64,000 nucleotides of DNA, from assembly GCA_963710605.1 (NCBI GenBank), contig CAVQBA010000007.1, positions 256,001 through 320,000 on the forward strand, given 5' to 3'. The first letter of the stretch is position 1. Each line of letters opens with the position of its first letter. The DNA is from an uncultured cyanobacterium (GTDB lineage Bacteria > Cyanobacteriota > Cyanobacteriia > Cyanobacteriales > Cyanobacteriaceae). Below are positions 55,136-64,000 of the stretch, piece after piece. The notes under the pieces were generated by a model. It was given only the letters and a program-made list of their open reading frames with translations. It had not been told where the DNA came from and did no database searches. The translations under genes and the position numbers were made by a program.

Positions 55136-55865
55136 ATACTAAAAACGATCGAAGGCTCAGAATTATTTGAATTATTAGATTCTTCACCTAAAAAAGAATA
55201 ATTACTATGAAAAAATTATCCTGATCAAGATAATGCTTAATATTTTAAAAAAACTATTTGCTATTGGTTTTATAACTATTTTCAGCTTGCCCTTTTTTAT
55301 ATTATCAATAATTGTATTATTCTCTGACTCTAACCCTCAAATTCGCTCAGCTAATAATTGTATTAATTTTAATTCAATTAGAGAAATTACATTTGTCCGT
55401 ATAGATAATTTTTATCGAGAAAATTCACGTATTCCTTCTTGGAGTGAATTTCATATATTAATTGAGCCACTTAAGCAAAATTTTGATGGTAGATATATTC
55501 CTCTTGAAGGTATAAACTTAAAAAAATCATCTGATAAAGATTACAAAGATATTTATCAAAAGTTTGGTAATCCAACTCCAAATAAAGCATTTACGATCGA
55601 ATGTTGGGATGGAGATAGATATAGTTATTATATTCCTTGGGCTGGAAATGGCAATATTAGTTATGTACCTTATCCTCGATGGTACTTTTATAATAGCAAA
55701 TCAAAAGATATTAGAATATATGTTTTTCTTGGCTTATTATTTTTCACTATTGGAATGCTTTTGTTTATCGAAAAAAAATAAGTTTCCTTCAGAAATATTA
55801 AAGAAAAACCTAAATACTACTGTTTTGCCAATGATACTAAAAACGATCGAAGCCTCAGAATTATT
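55136..55865. repeat. 32-bp direct repeat (55136-55167 and 55834-55865) centred on CGATCG, flanking one gene
   Basis: ATACTAAAAACGATCGAAG(G/C)CTCAGAATTATT, one mismatch. Confidence 0.85.
55233..55781 (+). CDS. Hypothetical membrane protein (N- and C-terminal TM)
   Basis: 182-aa ORF with hydrophobic termini; no family recognised. Confidence 0.6.
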   Translation: MLNILKKLFAIGFITIFSLPFFILSIIVLFSDSNPQIRSANNCINFNSIREITFVRIDNFYRENSRIPSWSEFHILIEPLKQNFDGRYIPLEGINLKKSSDKDYKDIYQKFGNPTPNKAFTIECWDGDRYSYYIPWAGNGNISYVPYPRWYFYNSKSKDIRIYVFLGLLFFTIGMLLFIEKK

Positions 55866-56397
55866 GATTCAAAGCAGTAGTAATTGTCCAGATATCAACT
55901 AACCACAAAAAGAAAGTAAAGAAGAACAAAAATATATACATCCAAGGTTGTGCTAGAGGGCGTATATCAGTAGTATCGATACCCGTTTTCGACTGTACTT
56001 GTTTAACCATTTTAGCAAAGCCAGCGATTCTCATAGGTAAAAGATAAGCTTTATCTCTAGCTTTACTCACGAAATAATAAACCAAACCACCTTGCCCGGT
56101 TGTACGCATCTTCAAACTTTCAATTTCAGCCCAAGATAAATTCCAACCTCGACGTAAAGAGAATTTTACCCACTGAGGATAAGCCACTTGAATACCTTCT
56201 TCATCAAGGATAACTCTTTCACTTAAAATACCAATAATAACGATCGCACCAAGTATAATCAAGACAACAAATAACCAGATAGGAAATTGTACGTTAGCAA
56301 ATTGAGCGAGAAAAGGAAGGGGTATAGTTAAAGCAAAATAAAGATTGACTAAAGTAATTTTAATCAATGGAGAAGTAGGAAAGACAAGTTTGTTCAT
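55861..56397 (-). CDS. Conserved cyanobacterial membrane protein
   Basis: LYFALTIPLP, RTTGQGGLVYYF, LLPMRIAGF, RPLAQPWMY; three TM segments. Confidence 0.75.
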   Translation of the reverse strand: MNKLVFPTSPLIKITLVNLYFALTIPLPFLAQFANVQFPIWLFVVLIILGAIVIIGILSERVILDEEGIQVAYPQWVKFSLRRGWNLSWAEIESLKMRTTGQGGLVYYFVSKARDKAYLLPMRIAGFAKMVKQVQSKTGIDTTDIRPLAQPWMYIFLFFFTFFLWLVDIWTITTALNQ

Positions 56398-56941
56398 TAA
56401 AAGGATAAAAGATGAATTAATACTATGATAAACAATTTAAATTTAATAACGAGTACATTTCATCATTGACAACTAATTGTCTTAAACACGATGGTATTCT
56501 TAGATAAATATATATATTAACTTTTGATGTTTTACCAAAAAATCAAGGGTAATTACGCCCCGAATATCCCCCCCTTACAGAGGGCAGGGCTGTTTCATGT
56601 CTTATTTTTGTACTTTCTACAACGCCAGAAATATAGCTAAATGAATTTATAACTGCACTTTTTGTCCCTCGCATTGTTTACATAAAAACTACGAAACTGG
56701 GAACTTTATCATCGCTATATTTAACAATTAATTAATGGAGAAGACTATGGTGTTGTTAGATGCCGACGCTCAAGATATTTGAAAATATCTTAACAAAGTA
56801 AAAAATCACTGACAAATAAATTTGAAGAATGTTTAGCTGGAAAATTAAAACGAAAAAAACCCCAAAAAAACCTTTTCAGATATAAGATAAAGAGACTGAG
56901 ATAGTGAAGAAAGTCAAAACGATAAATTTTGGTGTGAGCAA

Positions 56942-59900
56942 ATGACGAATCAACAACCCCCCACAGAAGAAAATAATCAGCAATCTAGAGGTTTGGCAAA
57001 AGTTTGGCAATTTGTTAAGCAACCTCGTACCCAAATTATCACCATAATCAGTTTGGCAGGTATTTTGATTGGGGGCTATTTCGGTGGTAAGTTTTTACTC
57101 GCAACTGTAGTTTTAAATCGGATTGAAGAGCAATTAGAAGTCGCTTTAGAAAGAGAGATAGATATTGAAAATACAGAAATAGACAGTTTATATCGAATTA
57201 CCTTTGAAGATGTTATTCTACGCCCTACTGATGAAGACAATAGCACCTTGAGGATAAAAGAGCTTAAAGTAACGCCAGATATTATTGGTTTATTTACTAG
57301 AAGACAGTTATATTTAGATATTGTCGCCTCCGATGTGAAAGGTTATGCTCAATTAGATACAATCATTCAAGAAAGTGATGATGAGAAACCTACTCCAGAA
57401 ACATTACTACTCAATCCTTTACCAATTACCACAGAGTTGAATGTACGTTTAGAAGATACACAAATAGCTGTTACGCCAAATATTGAATCTAATTTACTTT
57501 TCATCGATACTATTGGTGAGATAAATTTTTTATATGACAAAGAAGTACAACCAATTACATATCAACTTACCAATAGGATTGGTACGAGTGGTGTAATTGA
57601 TATAGAAGGAGAAACTTTATTAAGTACGACTCAAAGTCGAAACGAGATTAAAATTGATGCTTTAAATCTGCCACAATTAACGGCGGTTATTCCCCAGTTG
57701 CCTGTATCTCTTGAGCAAGGAATTGTTAGTGGTAAAGTTGATATTAATGTACCTGCATTTAAAGAAGCGAAAAATACTACCTTAGATGGTTATCTTTTTG
57801 TTGATAATGTAATTGGTAGAGTTAATCCTGAGAAAGTTAATTTAGGAGATAATGCTTCTATAATACCGTTATTGCAAAAAGACATTTTAGCTAATGCCGC
57901 TATCGATTTTAATGGACAATCAATCACTCTTACAGAAGCTAAGTTGAATTGGGGATATATTAACGCAGAAGCTGAAGGAATAGTTGATTTAGCTAAAGGA
58001 TATAATTTACAAGCTAATTTAGATTCTTTTAATCTGGGTGTAATTTTCGCTAACACAAAAACACAAAAGCCACCTGTTGAGCTTGGTGGTTTGCTTTCTA
58101 GTAATATTACGATAACAGGAGAAATAGATAATCCTTTAATTAGTGGTAATCTTGATGTCGAAAATACCTTAGTTGATAAAGTAGAGTTAGGTACGATAAA
58201 TAGTCAATTTAGTGCTAATCTCGATCGAGTAGAAATACAAAGAGTTATTGTTAAACCAAAATTTGGTGGCGAAATTACTAGCCAAGCATCAATCGAAACT
58301 AATCTTAGAGATACTGTCTTAGCAGGAAAACCTTTTGTACCAGAAAACACCCAAATTAATTTAAAATTTTTAGCTAACTTACCACCAAATCAAGTTATCG
58401 AAGCTTACGCTGATTCGACTTATGGTTTTGATTTTAATAACTTTTTAGCCGTTGGTGAAGTTAAAGGCACATTATCAAATCCTGAAGGCTTGATTAGTTT
58501 TTCTTTACCTGATATTGATACAGATAATTTTGAGACAGTTAAAGCAGATGGTAAAATTGTTCTTAATCAGCAAAGAATAGAAATAAAAGATACGAAATTA
58601 GTGGCTGATAACGATCGAATTACTGTTGATGGTGTTACTAACTTAAATACCAAAAAATGGCAGATTAATGTCGAAGGAAAAGACTTTTACTTGACTCCTT
58701 TTATCTCTCAATTTTGTAATAACAATTTAAGTTGTGCGGCTTCTGCTTTTAATAGTGAGTTAGCTATCAATCTTAATAGTTTGGATAGTCGTTTTCAAGG
58801 TAATCTTAATTCAATTGCTTTGAATGACATTGATGGTAATGCTGATGTTAATCTGCAAATAGATGACGGAGATTTGGACTTAGAAGCAATATTAGTTAAT
58901 GGTCAATTATTTATTGATGGTAATTTAGACAATATAGCTTTGAATAAAGTAGTCAAAACTATTCCAACTAATAGTAATGTTAACGTCGTCAATACCAATT
59001 TTAAAGCTTCAACTAATGTAGATGACTTATTAACTGCTACTAAAACTAATAATATTCCTCGTACTTTAACTGTGCGAGCAAATAGTAATATTAAAGTGAA
59101 TGACGGTAATGTTAATGTTGATGCAATTGTCAATGACGGTAATTTACTTGTTGATGGTAATGCTAATAATATTGCGGTTAATAAAGTTATCCCTTCAATC
59201 CCGGCTGGTGTTAATGTCGTTAGCACCAAATTTAATGCTAGTGCTAATGTTAATGAATTATTAGCTGTTAATACTAACCCTGATAATATTCCTCAAAGCC
59301 TCAGTTTACAAGCAGATACTAATATCAAAGTCAATGACGGTAATGTTGATGTTGATGCAGTTGTGGTTAATGGCAATTTAGTAGTTGAAGGAAATGCGAA
59401 TAATATTGCGGTTAATAAAATTGTCCCTGCGATTGGTACTGATGTCAATATCGTACAAACTAGATTTAATGCCAATGCTAAAGTAAACGAGTTATTGACT
59501 ATCGGTAAAACGAAAAATCTTCCTCCTAGTCTGAGTGTTAATGCTAAGACTCAAGTAAATGTTGATGATGGTAGATTAAATGTTGATGCGGTAGTCGCCA
59601 ATGGTAATGTAGCGGTGAATGGTAATGGCAGAAATATATCTTTGAATAAAGTTGTGCCGACAATTCCCACAAAAGTAGATGTTGTTAATACTGATTTTAA
59701 TGTCACCGCAGATGTTAATGAGTTATTGGCAGTTAATAGTAATACCCAGAATCTTCCTCCTAGTGTGAAGTTAAAAGCAAATACTAAACTCAATGTGGAA
59801 AATACAGGGGTAGTTGATGCAGTAGCTAATATAGATAACCGTCAAGTTAATGTAGTCGCAAAAGCCAATAATATTCCTCTCAATCAAATTAATCCTAATA

Positions 59901-62900
59901 CTGATGCCCAAATCACCTCAGGGGAAGTGAAAATTAATGCCAATACGCAAGAATTGTATCAATTAGCTACCCAGAAAGTATATAATAACGATCGATTACT
60001 CGAGATTAAAAGTCTTGATGTAACTGCTAATGTTAAAGGTAAAGTAGCCGAAGGTAGTTTTAATACTATCGCTAAAGTAAATAATGGTGTCTTTAATGTT
60101 AATGGTGAAGCTAAAAACATTTCGCCTTCAAAGCTGACAACTAACAATCAAAATCTTCCTGCGGATAATCTAAATGCTAAGTTTAATGCTAGTGGTAATG
60201 TTGCTGAGGTAGTAAATTTAGGTGTTAATTATTTAGACAACAAAACTATTTCTCCTTTACCTAGTTTGAAAGCTAATGCTGATGCAAATATAGTTGTAGG
60301 TGAAGGTAATGCTAAAGTTAATGCCAATATTGCCAATAATCAATGGCAAGCCAAAGTTGATAGTAATGATATTAATTTAGAATATGTCGCCAAAACTTTA
60401 GCCATAGAAGATAAACTACCTGTAAATCTAGCTTCTGTGCCTAATGTTAGTAGTGATATTAATGTTAGTGGAAATCTCGATAATTTATCTACAGCGAATA
60501 AATCTATTCCTGTCAATATCAAACCCACAACTGTCGCCCTTGGTGAAAATGTAGTTAATCTAGAAGGTAAACTAGATGTTGTTAATGTATTATCACAACC
60601 AGATATCGATAATCTTCAACTAAAAGTAAACGCTAATTCTGAATTAGCGACTATTCCTGTCAAGGAAATATTAACCACAACTTCTACTCCTGAAAGTGAA
60701 AGGGGAATTAATGCAATACCTAATCAAATTAATTTAGATGGTAATGCTAAATTTACAGGTACAATCACAGGTAGTAATTTATTAACTAATCCTTTAGGTG
60801 TAAATGGGCTTAATATTTTAGGTGATGTTGCTTTAACTAATTTTGAATTTGATAATGTCAAATTTGAGCCTTTATTAGCAGGGAAGGTTAAGGTGAATCC
60901 GCAATCAGAAATAAGTATTGATTTGAGAGGAAACCAAGATGTGATTGCCGCACGAGTCGTAAAAGATGATTTATATATTACTCCTTTAGATACGACTATC
61001 GCTTATACTCCTCAAAATATTGAAATTCGTCAAGGAGGAGAAAATGGTTTGAGGGTTTTAGGTAATCGTCAAGGTAATGAATTTATTGCCTCAGTTGATA
61101 ATTTATCTTTAGATGGTTTACAACTACAACCTGTCACTAACTACGGAATTGATGGAAAACTCAAGGGTAATCTATCAACTGATATTGCGCTTAACCTCAA
61201 TGACTTTTCAGCTAGAGGTAATATTAATTTAATTCAACCCGGTGTTGATTTTATTAATGCCCAAGAAATTAGTGGTAGTTTTGCTTACAAAGATAATCTT
61301 GCCCGTGTTGATGATGGAGTGGTTAAGTTTGGTGAGAGTGAATATAATCTCACTGGTGAATATAATCTACAAACGCAAGATATTTTTGCTAAAGTTGATT
61401 TAGAAGGTGATGTACAAGATATCTTTAATACGTTGAAGATTACTGATGTTGCTAGTTTAACTGCTCTTGCCCAACAATTACAAACAGGTGATTCTTTTGC
61501 CGATGCTGATGAGATTGCGGCGGTATCTATCGCTGAGGATAAAAAAACGATCGAGTCTCAAGTTAATCTTCTTTATAGTATAGATCAACAAATCAAAACG
61601 ATCGCTAAAGAAATTAAAGCTGGTAATTTACCTAATAATTTATATATTCAAGGTGACTATCAAGGAGAATTAGTTGTTGGTGGTAATTTAAAAAATCCTG
61701 TGGTTGATTTAGATTTAAGCGGCAAAAGATGGCAATGGCTACCACAGTCAGATTTTCCGAATATTGTTGATTCTTTAGGTTTTGTGATGGAGCAAAGTGA
61801 ATCGATCGCTATTCCTGAAATTGATCTTAATGCTCAATATAGAAATAATACCTTAACTTTACAACCTTTTTCAATTAATGTTGCTGGTAGTGAAATTTCG
61901 GTTGCTGGTGAAATTTCTTCTCAAAGCCAAAATGCTGAATTTAAAGTGACTAATTTTCCCCTTGATTTAGCTACTCGTTTTTTCCCTCTTCCTGTAGATG
62001 TTGATACTAATATTGATTTAGAAGGTACAGTTAAAGGAAGGTTTATAAACCCTGAGATAAATGGTGTTTTAACTTTAAATAATACTGCTTTTAATGGTAG
62101 TCTTATTGAAGATGAAATAGTAACAAATTTTGGCTATGAAAATTATGTACTTGATCTAAAAACGATCGCTCCAGAATATTTAACTCTTAATGCCAAACTA
62201 CCTTATCATCCTATTTACGAGATAAATGAACCAGCTTTTATTAATTTGCAAACAGACGAAAAATCAAGCTCTTTAATCGGGCTTCTAACTCAAGGACAAG
62301 TGAATATATCTGGTGGCGAATATACATCTAATTTAGACGTAGAAATTAATTCAATTAATGAGCTAATTAAAAATTTTGACATAGCAGATGTTAATGTAAA
62401 AGGAGATATTAATTTTGAACAAACAGAAATCACCACAGTTTTCTTAGAAGAAAAAATATTAGTTTCTGGAGATGTTAATTTATCACCTAATCGAGTAATT
62501 AATGTTGAAAATTTAAACGCACTTGTTAACCAAACTAATATTAATATCGAAGGTAGTCTTCCTATCCTTTCACCAACACCGCAAAATAATAATTTATTAG
62601 CTGTTAGTATCCCGCAACAACCATTAAACTTAGAAGGTTTATATTCAGGTGATTTAGATGCTGACATTAAAATTGATGGTACTGTATTAAGCCCACGAAT
62701 AGGTGGTTATCTAGCTTTAATTAATGGTAATTTCCAAATACCCTCACGAGACAATCCGAGTAATAATCAAAACGAAGCTTTAGCACAACAATGGCTAGGA
62801 AAAGTAAATGAAAATAACGCACCAAGTATTCTCAACCCTAGGTTGAATGATTTTAATCTTAAATTGCAAAATTCACAACTTGCTCAATGGGGTTTATATC

Positions 62901-63787
62901 GCTTCTTATTTGAAGGAGATATTAATGTGAACGGTCCTGCCTTAGATTTAAATCAATTAAGTGCTAGTGGCTTAGTTAACCTACGTAGAGGACAGATTTA
63001 CCTTAGTGGTGCTAGTCCAGTAAGTGCTATTTCTGGTTTGGGTTCATCTCAAACAACCTTTAATTTATCTCGTACTAATGAAAATCAGATTGTATTTGAT
63101 CCAGATGAAAGTATTCTTAATCCACAAGTTGATGTTGAATTAAACGCCGATGTTGTTGATTATGCTAGGGAATTACCGACTAGTCAAAGAAACGAAATAA
63201 ATGATCCAATTATTCGTGGTGGTAGGGGCGAAACTGTTCAAGTAACTTTAAATGTTGATGGTGGATTAGCTCAATTATTACCTGTTTTATCAGGAGAAGC
63301 GACTCAATCTTGTAATTTTGGTGTACCGCAAACAATTCCGGGTAATGTCAATTTTTCGACGGCTGAATTAGATTCTATCGCTAAATGTGTCAATTTTGCG
63401 ATTTTAAATCCTAGTTTATCGACGAGTAATATTTTGAATTCACCATTAGTTTCTTTAAGTAGTACACCTAACCGTAGCGAAGGTGAGTTAGTTAATTTAA
63501 TTGTTGGTGGGCAATTATTAAATTTAGCAACACAATTACAAAATTCAAGCGGAGAAGATTTACTAGAAAATGGTCTGATACAATTTGTTTTAGTACCAAT
63601 TGCTAATTCATTAAGTTTTGGTGTTAATGAAAGAGTTAGTACTTGGGGAAAACCTCTAGGAATGAAAGATTTACGTGTTTTTCCTTTAGTTGAAGGTATT
63701 TACGAAGTCCAAGAGAATGGTAATGTTTCTGTTTCTTATGATTATATTTATGATGAATTTAAAGTTCGCTATCAACTGAGATTTTAG
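56942..63787 (+). CDS. tamB: TamB/AsmA-like translocation and assembly module protein (DUF490) with internal repeats
   Basis: N-terminal TM anchor, long amphipathic beta-strand pattern, recurring G.l..P motifs, LSSTPNRSEGELVNL, C-terminal VRYQLRF. Confidence 0.85.
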   Translation: MTNQQPPTEENNQQSRGLAKVWQFVKQPRTQIITIISLAGILIGGYFGGKFLLATVVLNRIEEQLEVALEREIDIENTEIDSLYRITFEDVILRPTDEDNSTLRIKELKVTPDIIGLFTRRQLYLDIVASDVKGYAQLDTIIQESDDEKPTPETLLLNPLPITTELNVRLEDTQIAVTPNIESNLLFIDTIGEINFLYDKEVQPITYQLTNRIGTSGVIDIEGETLLSTTQSRNEIKIDALNLPQLTAVIPQLPVSLEQGIVSGKVDINVPAFKEAKNTTLDGYLFVDNVIGRVNPEKVNLGDNASIIPLLQKDILANAAIDFNGQSITLTEAKLNWGYINAEAEGIVDLAKGYNLQANLDSFNLGVIFANTKTQKPPVELGGLLSSNITITGEIDNPLISGNLDVENTLVDKVELGTINSQFSANLDRVEIQRVIVKPKFGGEITSQASIETNLRDTVLAGKPFVPENTQINLKFLANLPPNQVIEAYADSTYGFDFNNFLAVGEVKGTLSNPEGLISFSLPDIDTDNFETVKADGKIVLNQQRIEIKDTKLVADNDRITVDGVTNLNTKKWQINVEGKDFYLTPFISQFCNNNLSCAASAFNSELAINLNSLDSRFQGNLNSIALNDIDGNADVNLQIDDGDLDLEAILVNGQLFIDGNLDNIALNKVVKTIPTNSNVNVVNTNFKASTNVDDLLTATKTNNIPRTLTVRANSNIKVNDGNVNVDAIVNDGNLLVDGNANNIAVNKVIPSIPAGVNVVSTKFNASANVNELLAVNTNPDNIPQSLSLQADTNIKVNDGNVDVDAVVVNGNLVVEGNANNIAVNKIVPAIGTDVNIVQTRFNANAKVNELLTIGKTKNLPPSLSVNAKTQVNVDDGRLNVDAVVANGNVAVNGNGRNISLNKVVPTIPTKVDVVNTDFNVTADVNELLAVNSNTQNLPPSVKLKANTKLNVENTGVVDAVANIDNRQVNVVAKANNIPLNQINPNTDAQITSGEVKINANTQELYQLATQKVYNNDRLLEIKSLDVTANVKGKVAEGSFNTIAKVNNGVFNVNGEAKNISPSKLTTNNQNLPADNLNAKFNASGNVAEVVNLGVNYLDNKTISPLPSLKANADANIVVGEGNAKVNANIANNQWQAKVDSNDINLEYVAKTLAIEDKLPVNLASVPNVSSDINVSGNLDNLSTANKSIPVNIKPTTVALGENVVNLEGKLDVVNVLSQPDIDNLQLKVNANSELATIPVKEILTTTSTPESERGINAIPNQINLDGNAKFTGTITGSNLLTNPLGVNGLNILGDVALTNFEFDNVKFEPLLAGKVKVNPQSEISIDLRGNQDVIAARVVKDDLYITPLDTTIAYTPQNIEIRQGGENGLRVLGNRQGNEFIASVDNLSLDGLQLQPVTNYGIDGKLKGNLSTDIALNLNDFSARGNINLIQPGVDFINAQEISGSFAYKDNLARVDDGVVKFGESEYNLTGEYNLQTQDIFAKVDLEGDVQDIFNTLKITDVASLTALAQQLQTGDSFADADEIAAVSIAEDKKTIESQVNLLYSIDQQIKTIAKEIKAGNLPNNLYIQGDYQGELVVGGNLKNPVVDLDLSGKRWQWLPQSDFPNIVDSLGFVMEQSESIAIPEIDLNAQYRNNTLTLQPFSINVAGSEISVAGEISSQSQNAEFKVTNFPLDLATRFFPLPVDVDTNIDLEGTVKGRFINPEINGVLTLNNTAFNGSLIEDEIVTNFGYENYVLDLKTIAPEYLTLNAKLPYHPIYEINEPAFINLQTDEKSSSLIGLLTQGQVNISGGEYTSNLDVEINSINELIKNFDIADVNVKGDINFEQTEITTVFLEEKILVSGDVNLSPNRVINVENLNALVNQTNINIEGSLPILSPTPQNNNLLAVSIPQQPLNLEGLYSGDLDADIKIDGTVLSPRIGGYLALINGNFQIPSRDNPSNNQNEALAQQWLGKVNENNAPSILNPRLNDFNLKLQNSQLAQWGLYRFLFEGDINVNGPALDLNQLSASGLVNLRRGQIYLSGASPVSAISGLGSSQTTFNLSRTNENQIVFDPDESILNPQVDVELNADVVDYARELPTSQRNEINDPIIRGGRGETVQVTLNVDGGLAQLLPVLSGEATQSCNFGVPQTIPGNVNFSTAELDSIAKCVNFAILNPSLSTSNILNSPLVSLSSTPNRSEGELVNLIVGGQLLNLATQLQNSSGEDLLENGLIQFVLVPIANSLSFGVNERVSTWGKPLGMKDLRVFPLVEGIYEVQENGNVSVSYDYIYDEFKVRYQLRF

Positions 63788-64000
63788 TTAGGTAAAAAGT
63801 AACCAATATTAATTGTTAATTATTCTTCTTTGATTGTTTTAAAATTAAGTTCAGATAAATAATTAAATTTAAAAGACAAAATTAAAATAGGAAAAAGACA
63901 GAATGAGGACTTGCTTAAAACAACTGTTGTCAATTTAATTTGAATTGGGATTAGTTGATATTTTATAGCAATTATCACCATTATAAAGTACACTTGCGAT

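Noticed and set aside
57790-62667. Several minus-strand ORFs inside tamB (likewise inside chlH, the pentapeptide gene and others)
   Set aside because: Antisense shadows of long real genes with no recognisable motifs

Overview
AT-rich cyanobacterial chromosome segment, probably from a unicellular Cyanobacterium-like strain (abundant HIP1 GCGATCGC/CGATCG sites; chlH, petN, hemF, ntcB, ndk, radC, tamB, 6S RNA). 1-15.5 kb is a Zur-controlled zinc-starvation island: zur, znuABC, two atypical metallophosphoesterases, COG0523 proteins, a Zn-independent hemB paralogue and an FAD oxidoreductase, with four Zur boxes. It carries several lesions and is interrupted by accessory genes. The rest is mostly core genes, with accessory hotspots at about 11.5-13, 20-24.7, 45.7-47.5 and 52-56 kb holding toxin-antitoxin modules (several with a disabled toxin), a REP-associated tyrosine transposase and pseudogene scraps. 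Most notable: (i) an orphan ~205-nt structured ncRNA candidate at 37584-37789, with its own promoter and terminator, whose 5' end resembles a TnpB omega-RNA scaffold although no tnpB is adjacent; (ii) intergenic mosaics of short copies of neighbouring genes joined at CGATCG, plus a single gene flanked by a 32-bp direct repeat centred on CGATCG, suggesting HIP1-centred gene capture; (iii) a TamB with an internal ~78-aa repeat expansion. Some single-base homopolymer frameshifts, notably in the essential chlH, are probably sequencing errors. All calls come from motif recognition by eye; no database searches were run.
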